64,000 nt of DNA from contig CAWCNY010000001.1 in NCBI GenBank assembly GCA_963797095.1, positions 512,001 to 576,000 of the forward strand. The letters run 5' to 3'. The notes below the pieces were generated by a model. It was not told the DNA's origin. It ran no database searches and was given only the letters and a program-made list of their open reading frames with translations. The DNA comes from an uncultured Chloroflexia bacterium. GTDB taxonomy: Bacteria; Chloroflexota; Chloroflexia; QHBQ01; JADMIH01. The translations under genes and the position numbers were made by a program. Of the stretch, positions 21,577 to 31,028 are shown one piece after another. Each line of letters starts with the position of its first letter. The stretch's first letter is position 1.

Positions 21577-24189
21577 ATGATACCAATTAGCCTCCAGATG
21601 AGAAACTTCATGTGCTACCGCGAGGTGGCACCGATCGATTTCAGAAACGTGCACCTGGCGTGCCTGAGCGGGGAGAACGGAGCCGGCAAGTCGGCCGTCA
21701 TTGACGCGATGACCTGGGCACTCTGGGGAGAGGCCAGGGGCAATGCATCGGACGAAGATCTGATGTGTAAGGGCACTCTCGAGATGGAAGTTGAGTTCCA
21801 GTTCGTTCTGAACGAGCAGTACTTCCTGGTTATGCGCAAACGCCAGAAGAAAGGCAAGTCAGCAGTACCAATGCTTGATCTGCACACAAGCCCTACTGGC
21901 GAGGAAGGAACCTGGCACAGCCTTACCGAGGCCAACATAACGCTTACCCAGAAGCGGATCGACGAGTTCCTGAAGATCAACTACGCCACGTTCGTCAACT
22001 CAGCGTTCATCATGCAGGGGAAGGCTAACTCGTTCTCGGTGGCAGACCCGAGGATGCGTAAGAAGCTCCTTTCCGAGATCCTGGGGCTCGACAGTTACGA
22101 GGAGTACGAGAAGCGAGCCAAGCAGACCCTGAACGATCTGAAGAGCGAGGGGAGACAACTGGAGGAGGAAGTCGTCCGTATCAACGAATTCCTCAGGGGA
22201 AGACCTGAGTATGAAACCGATTTGAGGGTTGTACTGGCTGCCTTGCAAATAGAGGCGCAACAGCTTGGGGTGCTCAGGCCGGAACTGTCAGGGATGGAGA
22301 AGGATCAGGCCAAGCTTCAGGAGAGCGGGCAGAGGGTAACCGAGCTCACGCAGCTGATTCAGAAGTCCATCGCGGAACGCGAATTGTGGCGACTGCAGAT
22401 CAGCGATGGCGAGAAGCGAGTAGCCGAGTTGGGAACTCTGCTTGGGAGCCGCGAGGATATCGAGCAGCAATACATGGAGTTGCAGAAGGCAAAGGAGACG
22501 GAGCAGACGCTAACCGAGGCGCTGGGCCGCGTGCGCACGTTGGAGAATCGCCAGGCACTTATAGCTGGGATGATCGATAAGGAGAAGACGCGGCTTGAGG
22601 GCGAGGCGAATACCCAGAGGCAGTTAGCCGAGAGCGAGAAAGCAGAACTCGAGAAGCGGTCGGGCTGGGAAACCGAGCTCGCTGTCATACTTCAGGAGAT
22701 TACAGCCCTGGGCACAGTCGAGGACGAGCTAAAGCAAGAGCAGCAGCGGCAAAGCGAGTTGGAAACCGAGTCAAAGAGGGCCCGCTCCGACCAGAACTCG
22801 AAATTGCAGGAACGCAGCAAGATAGAAGACAAGTTGCGACAGTTGAAGGCACTGCACGTGGAGCACACAGGTGAAGCAGAGTGCCCATTATGCGGGTCGG
22901 AACTAACCGAGGAGGCGCTGCTCATCGTCGAGCAGAACTGGCAAAGCGAAATCGAGGGTCTGGTCTCGCAGTATGACAAGCTAGTTCAGGAAGCGGCGGC
23001 GAGGGATGTGAAGCTTGCGGAGTGCAGGAAAGCGTCCGAAATACTGGTGGGCAAGGTACAGGAGCTAAGGAGGCTGACCCGCAGCGAAGCAGAGCTGCGC
23101 CAGAAACTGGAGGGGCTAGTCGACAGGCAGCGGCGGTATGACGAGGCGGTGGCCAATAGAGAAAAGATTGAGACAACGCTCGCCTCAGGGGAGTACGCGG
23201 TAGAGAGCCGAGCGGAGTTGGCGAAGATCGTCGAAGGCATCTCCACACTCGGGTACAGCGATGAGCAACACAAGGAAGTTGCAGAGCGACGGCGCAAATT
23301 AGAAGCGGGCGGGTATGAGGAACTGTACCATAAGTTGCAGAGTGCGACCGAAGATCTACCACGTCAAGAGCAGACGTTGAACAATGCGCGGGTGCGAGTT
23401 GAGAAGATACAGCGCGAACAAGAGGACGCGGAGAAAGAAACGGAGAGCCTTCGACCAAGAGCCGAAGAGCTAAAGGCGCTGAATGAGAGCATAAGCACGC
23501 ACAAGGCGAAGATAGAGCTCCTGGAAAGCGAGGAGCGGTTAGGACTGCAGAGGCAAGGCACGCTGCAGCAACTGCTGAAGGATTGCGACTCCAGAGAGGA
23601 GGCGCGTAAGGAGAAAGTAAGCGAGCACGAAAGGGTATCGCACCGGCAAAAGCTCTACAGCGATCTGGCCACCGCGTTCGGCCGCAACGGGATCCCGGCG
23701 ATCATAATCGAGAACGTGATACCCGAATTGGAGGACGAAGCGAACGAATTGCTCGGGAGGATGACCGACGGCCGGATGAGCGTACAGTTAATAACGCAGA
23801 AGGAACTGAAGACAAGAGAGGGCCTGGTCGAAACCCTGGAAGTTATCATCTCTGATGAGTTAGGTACGCGACCATACGGCCTCTACTCGGGCGGCGAGTC
23901 GTTCAGGGTGAACTTCGCGTTGAGAGTAGCGCTCAGCAAGCTTCTAGCCAGGCGAGCGGGGACCCACTTGCAGATGCTGGTTGTGGACGAGGGCTTCGGG
24001 TCGCAGGACGCGAGTGGTCGAGAGCGGATGGTGTCGGCGATTCAGTCTATACAGGACGATTTCGCGACCATCCTGGTTATCACGCACATTGAGGAGTTGA
24101 AAGAGGAGTTCTCGACGCGGATCATGATCAGCAAGACACCAAACGGCTCGCGTATTAGCATGAGCGGAGCTGGTGTTGCATTTGCATGA
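21577..24189 (+). CDS. sbcC: SbcC/Rad50 SMC-like ATPase
   Basis: Walker A GENGAGKS, long coiled coil with a CPLC zinc hook, YSGGE signature, VVDEGFG, ITH. Confidence 0.93.
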   Translation: MIPISLQMRNFMCYREVAPIDFRNVHLACLSGENGAGKSAVIDAMTWALWGEARGNASDEDLMCKGTLEMEVEFQFVLNEQYFLVMRKRQKKGKSAVPMLDLHTSPTGEEGTWHSLTEANITLTQKRIDEFLKINYATFVNSAFIMQGKANSFSVADPRMRKKLLSEILGLDSYEEYEKRAKQTLNDLKSEGRQLEEEVVRINEFLRGRPEYETDLRVVLAALQIEAQQLGVLRPELSGMEKDQAKLQESGQRVTELTQLIQKSIAERELWRLQISDGEKRVAELGTLLGSREDIEQQYMELQKAKETEQTLTEALGRVRTLENRQALIAGMIDKEKTRLEGEANTQRQLAESEKAELEKRSGWETELAVILQEITALGTVEDELKQEQQRQSELETESKRARSDQNSKLQERSKIEDKLRQLKALHVEHTGEAECPLCGSELTEEALLIVEQNWQSEIEGLVSQYDKLVQEAAARDVKLAECRKASEILVGKVQELRRLTRSEAELRQKLEGLVDRQRRYDEAVANREKIETTLASGEYAVESRAELAKIVEGISTLGYSDEQHKEVAERRRKLEAGGYEELYHKLQSATEDLPRQEQTLNNARVRVEKIQREQEDAEKETESLRPRAEELKALNESISTHKAKIELLESEERLGLQRQGTLQQLLKDCDSREEARKEKVSEHERVSHRQKLYSDLATAFGRNGIPAIIIENVIPELEDEANELLGRMTDGRMSVQLITQKELKTREGLVETLEVIISDELGTRPYGLYSGGESFRVNFALRVALSKLLARRAGTHLQMLVVDEGFGSQDASGRERMVSAIQSIQDDFATILVITHIEELKEEFSTRIMISKTPNGSRISMSGAGVAFA

Positions 24190-24411
24190 ATATGTCTGTA
24201 GGGGCCACAGGTGCAAATGGACCTCTGATCTGTCCTCCCATATTCTATCCAGGCTCGCGAGTGCCCTGCCGGCCAATGAGTGACCTGAATAGATGGCACT
24301 TTCGTTTCCCTCGGTTCCCTTTACGTTGACCTTGTGCGCATCGCATATAGAGTATGGCATATAGTGTAGGACCGCAATGACCGCCGGTATCATGGCTGAA
24401 GGAGTTAAAAG

Positions 24412-26301
24412 ATGATAGCCCAATCAGGTTCTAGTATTCCCGTCTCTTCGAAAGACTACACGAGGCATAGCGATTCGGTCAGAGGAAATTGCTTTCTCAT
24501 AAAAGTAAATCACCACATACAGCAGTTCAACGGCACGATCTGCAGGAACGCTGCGAACGTTCAGTGCGGCGCGTCGGATACTTTCCGGTCGCAGTACTGC
24601 GCCCGGGGCCGAGATGAATGCTATGACATGTATGAGTTCGCTCCTCAGAACCCCTATTTTAGGAGGCGCATTAACTTCGATGGCGCCGAGTTGCTGGAGA
24701 GCATAAACACCGGCGACTTGCTCATCTTTTGGACCTATCAAACTCACAACAGAGGTTTCAGCAAGCAGATAATTACGGGTGTCTACCTGGTTGATGTTAT
24801 TGATGTGGACGACAACCTTCTACCTCCGGTTTACACCTTTTACCCGAAATCAGATCAGTATGCCTATATCGATTTTCCCCTGCCTGGGGAACAGATAATC
24901 CGGCGAGCGCTTGGACCTTATGCGTGGGTGAAGCAGCTTGGCTCGAACGACATCGGCTGGGCATTGAACCTAATCCACGAGGACCTCGATAGCCAGGCTC
25001 GTCAGATGCAGGGACGGAAGAGTTATGATGAGCAGATCGACGTACTCGACGCATTGCTCAAGCAATTCGATACCGACGAGAGTTCGCCGATGTATGCCAA
25101 GCTAGCCGAGGCAGGCGTGCTGGATATGCCGGTTGCCCCATCACTGGTTGCTGCGCCTACTACCGTTACTACCGTTACTACCGTTACTCCACCGGGAGAG
25201 CCAAAGCCTGCGGCCATAGCTACCGGCTCAGCAGCCACTTCACCAGCTACTATAAATGCACCAGCACCAGCAACTGTAGACCACAAATCACCAGTCGAGC
25301 GGCTTTCAGAGACCGCAGCCAGCAATCAGCTCCATTACCCCCTCCCGCTACTCACACGCTTCCACATATCAATGGCAACCCACCCCATTGTCGTCCTGAG
25401 TGGGCATTCTGGCACCGGCAAAACGCAACTCGCCCGCATTTACGCCGAAGCCGAAGGCGCAAGCTTCGGATTGGGTAAGGTACAGCCTGACTGGGTAAGC
25501 CCATCCTACTTGTGGGGAGCTTACGACTATCTTGCAGGAGCCTTTGCCGCGACGGAGTTTGCTGCTATGGTCCGTAAAGCTGGCGACGAGTGGGAAGATG
25601 CCAGGCAGCAGGGGCGGGAGCCGACAAAGTTCGTGCTTTGCCTGGACGAGATGAACCTGGCCCGGGTCGAGTACTACCTGGCGGATGTGCTCTCTGCTTT
25701 GGAGCAGCCGCTTGGCAGTCGCTGGATCGACCTATACAGTCCGGCACTCAACGATGCACGAGGGTTTCCATCTCGACTGCAACTCACTCCGAACATAAGA
25801 TTCGTTGGAACAATCAACGTGGATGAGACTACTTACAGTCTCAGCCCGAAAGTCCTAGACCGCGCTCACATGCTCCGCCTCGACCAGGTGGACCTCTCCG
25901 CTCTAAGGGCGCTGTTGGGAAGCGAGGGAAGCATCAGCTCTGAAGTTTTGGACTTCGTCTTCTTGCATCTTGGCGAGATACACCGGCGTATGACTGATGA
26001 TCCCACGCAGCAGTTTGGTTACAGAGTCGCCCGTCAGATAGCGGAGTGGGTGGCCGTGGCCACACAGGAGCCGTACAAGATGCCTATAGAAACCGCCCTG
26101 GACGCTGAAATCGCTCAGAAGATATTGCCCAGGCTGCAAATCGATCCAGATAGCGACATGCATATGGCGATGTTTGAAAAGCTCTTCGCCTATTTCGAGC
26201 AGTTCGAGCGGATTACGCCTGGCTTCGATGAAACGTTGCGGTGGATGCATGGCAGACGTGAGCGGCTAAATCTTGCGGAGGCAGTCAGTGGACAGCAGTA
26301 A
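24412..26301 (+). CDS. mcrB: McrB-like AAA+ GTPase (NxD type) with a Cys-rich N-terminal domain
   Basis: GHSGTGKT, LDEMNLARVEYY, GTINVDE, LSPKVLDRA. The N-terminal ~220 aa are separated by a P/T/A-rich linker. Confidence 0.85.
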   Translation: MIAQSGSSIPVSSKDYTRHSDSVRGNCFLIKVNHHIQQFNGTICRNAANVQCGASDTFRSQYCARGRDECYDMYEFAPQNPYFRRRINFDGAELLESINTGDLLIFWTYQTHNRGFSKQIITGVYLVDVIDVDDNLLPPVYTFYPKSDQYAYIDFPLPGEQIIRRALGPYAWVKQLGSNDIGWALNLIHEDLDSQARQMQGRKSYDEQIDVLDALLKQFDTDESSPMYAKLAEAGVLDMPVAPSLVAAPTTVTTVTTVTPPGEPKPAAIATGSAATSPATINAPAPATVDHKSPVERLSETAASNQLHYPLPLLTRFHISMATHPIVVLSGHSGTGKTQLARIYAEAEGASFGLGKVQPDWVSPSYLWGAYDYLAGAFAATEFAAMVRKAGDEWEDARQQGREPTKFVLCLDEMNLARVEYYLADVLSALEQPLGSRWIDLYSPALNDARGFPSRLQLTPNIRFVGTINVDETTYSLSPKVLDRAHMLRLDQVDLSALRALLGSEGSISSEVLDFVFLHLGEIHRRMTDDPTQQFGYRVARQIAEWVAVATQEPYKMPIETALDAEIAQKILPRLQIDPDSDMHMAMFEKLFAYFEQFERITPGFDETLRWMHGRRERLNLAEAVSGQQ

Positions 26302-28144
26302 TCTAGAACAAACAGCTTTTGCTGCCTCTGAAGTGCCGCTTGATTGGTGGGCTGCCGTACATCTGGCGCTCGGTACGCGCGCACTTGAATGGGGCGGTGA
26401 GTACGAGGTCGACAGTACAACACCTCTGAGCCTAACACTGCGTTGGCCCGCCGTTACATCTCATTTAGGATCGCTGCTCGGGCTGCAACTTCATCTGCCT
26501 CCTGATCCTGAGGCCGAGGCGGGCTGGCGCGCCCAGGGAGCTGCCGGGATCGCCATACAAATGGATCCTGCTCGAGAGGATCACCGCACGGTCACTTCTC
26601 AGTGGCAGGCGCAATTTGCCAACCGGCGCTACACAGGTGAAACAGTGGTGTCGCTCACACTTTCCGGACAAGCCGTAGCGGGGGCAGATTGCGTGATCAT
26701 TTACCGCCTCGACACTTCTGACCAGGCTCGGTATGAGTATATGCGTCAGTGGCTTGAGAAACAGCAGGAGGGCAGGGCAGTAACAGATCAGGTGATCGCT
26801 ATCCTGGCCCAAGCATCTTTGCCGACAACGTACAGCCGTCTTGAGGCCAAGTGGGACGCGCTGCGGAAGGCCCATGAGCATCTGTCTGCTGCATTGCCAC
26901 CGATCCTTGCCAGCCCTAACGTGGTGCTCAAGCGTGCCGACCGAGTCGTCGAATGGACTGAGTGGATTGGGCGTCATGACCTTTCACGGGCGTTACCCGA
27001 ACCTGGCACCACCTGGATGCGAATGCCCTCTACGTCGGGGTTAGGTGGCGGCGAGGCCGAGGTAAAGGTGCTGCCACGCCGCCTCGTGCTGCGAAACACG
27101 GTACGCAGTTTTGATGTCTCGGCTAATCGATACGTAAGGGACACCGTCGACATGCTTGTGGACGAAGCGCGCGCAGTTGAGCGCGAGGCCGCAAAGCGTA
27201 TGACCCAACTGCAGCAGGAATCCGCGATCGCGATGCACCCACGTTGGAAGGCACGCTTCCTCAATGCCCTTGTACATTACGAAAGTCTGGCTGCGAAGGC
27301 CCGTAGCCTGCGCAAGCGCGCAAATCACCAATGGATCGTATCCAGTTTTCTGGGTGACATAGCACCCGCCCAACCGAAGGCGAGTGACCTCGTGTGGCGG
27401 GACAACACCTATTACAGGCACGTACGGACAATTCGGGCAACTCTGGAGCGCGAATTGCAGGCCGCAGAAAATGCGCTATTTATGGATCGAGTAGTGACTG
27501 GTACTGCTAGTATCAACGAAATCTTCGAGGTGTGGCTAGCTGCTATCGTGTTGCGAACGCTTACAGAGGAACTAGGGTGCCAGTTGCTAAGGAAAGGTGG
27601 CAGACCAATAGACAGAAAGAGCGACCGCCCGCCAAGTTACTTGCTCAACCGTGGTTCATCGGCGGAGCTGTTCAGTCCGATCGGGCGGCGACTGGTCGTG
27701 CGCTTCGATACCGAATATCCGGCAATTCGGTCAGAAACCGATCTATTGTGGCGTGAAAGACTGTTGAGTTATGGGGTCGATCGGCGTAGCTGGCCCGGAG
27801 CAAAAGGGAGACCCGACATTGCAATCGAGGTATGGGATGATGAGCAGCGTGTGCAAGTACCTCGAATAATCGTACTGGACGCGACCTGGAGCAGCCGCCT
27901 TGAAACGCATATTGAGAAGTTTCTGTACCGCGAAACCATTAGAGACTTCACCACAGTCGAGGCCAGTGGTAAGCCTGCCCGCCCTGTAATCGCATCATGG
28001 GTTGTCTACCCTGGGGATCCGAATGAAGTCGACCATGAAGACGATTACCGGACCGGGCGTTTGCCAATCGAGCCTGGACCGGGTTGTGAAGCCATTCTGC
28101 TTACATATTTGCAGCAATTCCTGAAGATTGCGGGTGGGTATTGA
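26273..28144 (+). CDS. mcrC: McrC-like DUF2357 / PD-(D/E)XK nuclease partner
   Basis: Overlaps mcrB. SFDVSANRYV and NTYYRHV are DUF2357-like segments; IFEVW and RPDIAIE...IIVLDAT form the nuclease core. Confidence 0.75.
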   Translation: MRRQSVDSSNLEQTAFAASEVPLDWWAAVHLALGTRALEWGGEYEVDSTTPLSLTLRWPAVTSHLGSLLGLQLHLPPDPEAEAGWRAQGAAGIAIQMDPAREDHRTVTSQWQAQFANRRYTGETVVSLTLSGQAVAGADCVIIYRLDTSDQARYEYMRQWLEKQQEGRAVTDQVIAILAQASLPTTYSRLEAKWDALRKAHEHLSAALPPILASPNVVLKRADRVVEWTEWIGRHDLSRALPEPGTTWMRMPSTSGLGGGEAEVKVLPRRLVLRNTVRSFDVSANRYVRDTVDMLVDEARAVEREAAKRMTQLQQESAIAMHPRWKARFLNALVHYESLAAKARSLRKRANHQWIVSSFLGDIAPAQPKASDLVWRDNTYYRHVRTIRATLERELQAAENALFMDRVVTGTASINEIFEVWLAAIVLRTLTEELGCQLLRKGGRPIDRKSDRPPSYLLNRGSSAELFSPIGRRLVVRFDTEYPAIRSETDLLWRERLLSYGVDRRSWPGAKGRPDIAIEVWDDEQRVQVPRIIVLDATWSSRLETHIEKFLYRETIRDFTTVEASGKPARPVIASWVVYPGDPNEVDHEDDYRTGRLPIEPGPGCEAILLTYLQQFLKIAGGY

Positions 28145-28299
28145 AATTTAGCAGACGACCTAGCCGTCTTCGCCTATCGTTCGCCCGACGATCCGCGGTT
28201 CGCAGGCATAGATCCTTTATTGAAGGGTACAACGCAACCGGAGTGCAAGCATAGAACCGCCGAAGTTTGCCTCAGAGCGCCGTCAACATAGGATAAGTA

Positions 28300-29241
28300 T
28301 CAACTTCGGCTTACCACCTCCGAATGCCGAGATGGGATACGCTTATAGCGGGTAGGAAGAAAATGGAACATCCAACGCATGAGTGTTTGCCAGGCGTAAG
28401 TTGCGTTGAACTCCGGCTGATTCCTACATGGAAGCGTCCGCAGAAAGTTGCAGACAGCCCCAAACCGCTGCAACTCAATGAGGAACTCGTCTACCGCTCT
28501 GACAATCGGCTTCTGTAGTAGTAACACGCCTATGCAGGCCTCGAATGCAGCCCGTGGCAGCCCTGACTGTACGGGAAGCTCGACAAGTTCCACTTCCGCC
28601 ACCGCCTGCGATGCCGCAGTCAACTCGTGGAGGCGCCCTGAATACGCGACATACAAGTCGGCAGGATCACGAAGCTTTGGTAGCCAACTCTCCTGAGACA
28701 CTGGTTGAAACTGCTCATTAGGGGATTCGCCTGTGACAGCAGTTTCGCCTGAAGGAGCAGGCGGAGTAGGGATGTATTGCCGTACTAACTCGACAGCAGC
28801 AACCGTGTGGTTGTAGAGGTCATCATCAACCTTTATGCAGCCTATGAACAACTCGGTTTCAAATGACTGGAGCTCTCCTGCAGACAAGGGCACTAGCAGT
28901 TCGAGGTTTGGCTGACTTGACCAACCTAATGCAGTTGCCGTGAGGTTTGCTGATCCTACTAGGCAACTATCATCGGCCCTGTAGTATTTCGCATGTAAAT
29001 CGGACCGAAGCCACAATGATGCACCGGACCGAGCCCTAAGTAATGGCCAAACCTCCAAGTCGCTAACCCCAATGGCGATCTCATCCGTTCGCCACCGCGT
29101 CACGCACTTTATCGGGAGATCATTCTCCACCAGTGCCAGTAAACGCGCTAATGTTCCTGCCTTAACGAATGGGGCGACCAGCAGTATGTTTCGTCGCCCC
29201 GCTCGGCACAGTTGCTCTAGTTGTATACCTAGCGCTGTCAA
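28300..29241 (-). CDS. Phospholipase D-family nuclease (single HKD motif)
   Basis: VAPFVK, LHAKYYRADD, LVGSANLT. Probable TTG start at 29241 overlaps the upstream stop (TTGA). Confidence 0.88.
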   Translation of the reverse strand: MTALGIQLEQLCRAGRRNILLVAPFVKAGTLARLLALVENDLPIKCVTRWRTDEIAIGVSDLEVWPLLRARSGASLWLRSDLHAKYYRADDSCLVGSANLTATALGWSSQPNLELLVPLSAGELQSFETELFIGCIKVDDDLYNHTVAAVELVRQYIPTPPAPSGETAVTGESPNEQFQPVSQESWLPKLRDPADLYVAYSGRLHELTAASQAVAEVELVELPVQSGLPRAAFEACIGVLLLQKPIVRAVDEFLIELQRFGAVCNFLRTLPCRNQPEFNATYAWQTLMRWMFHFLPTRYKRIPSRHSEVVSRS

Positions 29242-31028
29242 TCCTCTCGTTCCAGAAACATCCTTGCCATCTTCCCCCAATCGGAACGAGCATCCTGTGC
29301 ACGTCTCCTAGGCTGACCATCAGGTTGCTCATCTTCATACCGCGCCCATGCCGACAGCAACAGTTTAAGTCCATCAGAGGCTAGGTTCAGGCGCTCCTGC
29401 AGTTTGTCGGCGTCTATGGTGTCTTCCTCCCTCTCAAGTACCTCTACCAAGTGTTGGTAAGCAGGATGATTTGTGTTTAATATGATAACGATAGCACCGC
29501 CTCTCGGCTTAACAGTGAAAAAGGCCGGCATCTCTAGATCTGCCTGTGCGAATAGGTACTTCAGCCCATCACCCACCGTTGTTGCCGCCATCTGCTTGGC
29601 AGCCTCCTCCGGCACACCTTCATCAAGTAGTGTGCGCTCAATATCGGCTTCACGCTGCTGAGGTGACAGATTCTCGTCCTTATCACTTTCGCCTTTATAG
29701 CCCTCATGTTGGCGCTCACGAGTAGCATTTGTCGCTATAGCCTCAGGAGATGTGGGTGCATGGCGCTGCTCTTTAGTTCGCACTCCCTTCGTCTGCTGCC
29801 TCAACCATGTACGCATCTGTGAGAGGTTCGTGCGTATACGTTGTGCAATCTCCAAAAGGGGAGCGCGGGGGTCCTCATCTTCACGCATCTCTGCTATGGC
29901 TGCTGCACTTGTCTCTAACTGACTCAACTCGCTCAATTCGGCGAAGTTCCGCGCCGCTTGCTTGTTGTTCGTAACACCAAATAGCTCGTCCAATGCAGGG
30001 GGAAACTCCACCTCGATGCCCCACCAACGCTCTACTGGATCGTAGTGGATTATCCATGATTGATCGAGGTCTAGCTCTCGTGCTGCTCGCACAATCGAGA
30101 CACCAGTGTTCTTGGCTGCGTGCTTCCCGTGTGGTTGCGACCCGGGATTCTGACCTTCCCGTGCTTCCTTCTTGGCAAGAGAGAAGCGCGTCTTGACAAT
30201 GTGTTCCTGCCCACGGAAGCTTACTGTATGCGAGATCTCATAATATTCATCACTCGGCCATGGATTGAACATGGCTATATCGTGGAAAGGTGGAGGACAG
30301 GATGTGTGCTTCATTAAGTACCCTGGGTCATTTGGCAGCGCGTCCGCCTCACTTTGTTGGAAACTGGGATTGTCCGCGTCAAACGCAAGCATACGAATTC
30401 TGACCTGCTTATTATCTAGGAAGCGTCTATACATTCGGCCTATCAGGAATTCGGAGTTCTCGATAATTGCGCGAGCCGTACGCCACATGATACGGTCTAG
30501 ATCCGACCAGACTACCAATGTACCACTCTTCTCAAAGGTAGCACCAACCTGGCGCCACAGATTAGGAATCTCTACGTGCCTGGGATCGGGAATAGCTGTC
30601 TGCTTCTTGGTGCGGATTTCATTGACATCCAGGTATGTATATAGGGACGAGTCCGGACCGTCCTGCCAAGACCATACTTCTACTCGTGTGCATTGTGAGA
30701 TTGATGCGCTAGGCAGGCCCATTCCGAACTTGCCCATGCCCTGCTGTTCGGCCGGGACGAGGTGCATACCATTGCCAAACTGTAGAGCAACCTTCAGTAC
30801 ATGAGCATCCATTCCACAACCATTGTCAAGTACGGCAATCTGATGAATGCGGGAGCGCTGGCGAAGCTCAATAATTGAAGTACGCTCGGCACAGAGCAAT
30901 TCGACAACCGTTGCTCTGGCCTGAATTGAATTATCCATCAACTCAGCAATAGCATAGGCCGCGTTCTTATAGCCGTTGTCACGCATTGCCTGCACTGCAA
31001 GATGAGCAGGCACAATCTCTTCGCTCAT
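29238..31028 (-). CDS. GHKL/MORC-family (HATPase_c) ATPase
   Basis: AIAELMDNS, DNGCGM, GKFGMG, SGTLV Bergerat-fold motifs, and LDELFGVTNNKQ in an S5-like region. ATG at 31028 overlaps the helicase stop (ATGA). Confidence 0.9.
   Translation of the reverse strand: MSEEIVPAHLAVQAMRDNGYKNAAYAIAELMDNSIQARATVVELLCAERTSIIELRQRSRIHQIAVLDNGCGMDAHVLKVALQFGNGMHLVPAEQQGMGKFGMGLPSASISQCTRVEVWSWQDGPDSSLYTYLDVNEIRTKKQTAIPDPRHVEIPNLWRQVGATFEKSGTLVVWSDLDRIMWRTARAIIENSEFLIGRMYRRFLDNKQVRIRMLAFDADNPSFQQSEADALPNDPGYLMKHTSCPPPFHDIAMFNPWPSDEYYEISHTVSFRGQEHIVKTRFSLAKKEAREGQNPGSQPHGKHAAKNTGVSIVRAARELDLDQSWIIHYDPVERWWGIEVEFPPALDELFGVTNNKQAARNFAELSELSQLETSAAAIAEMREDEDPRAPLLEIAQRIRTNLSQMRTWLRQQTKGVRTKEQRHAPTSPEAIATNATRERQHEGYKGESDKDENLSPQQREADIERTLLDEGVPEEAAKQMAATTVGDGLKYLFAQADLEMPAFFTVKPRGGAIVIILNTNHPAYQHLVEVLEREEDTIDADKLQERLNLASDGLKLLLSAWARYEDEQPDGQPRRRAQDARSDWGKMARMFLERED

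Noticed and set aside
20132-24189. Wadjet or Lamassu call for the SMC-like ATPase
   Set aside because: The partner is a canonical SbcD phosphoesterase, there are no JetA/B/D or LmuA-like genes, and the ATPase has a Rad50-type zinc hook.
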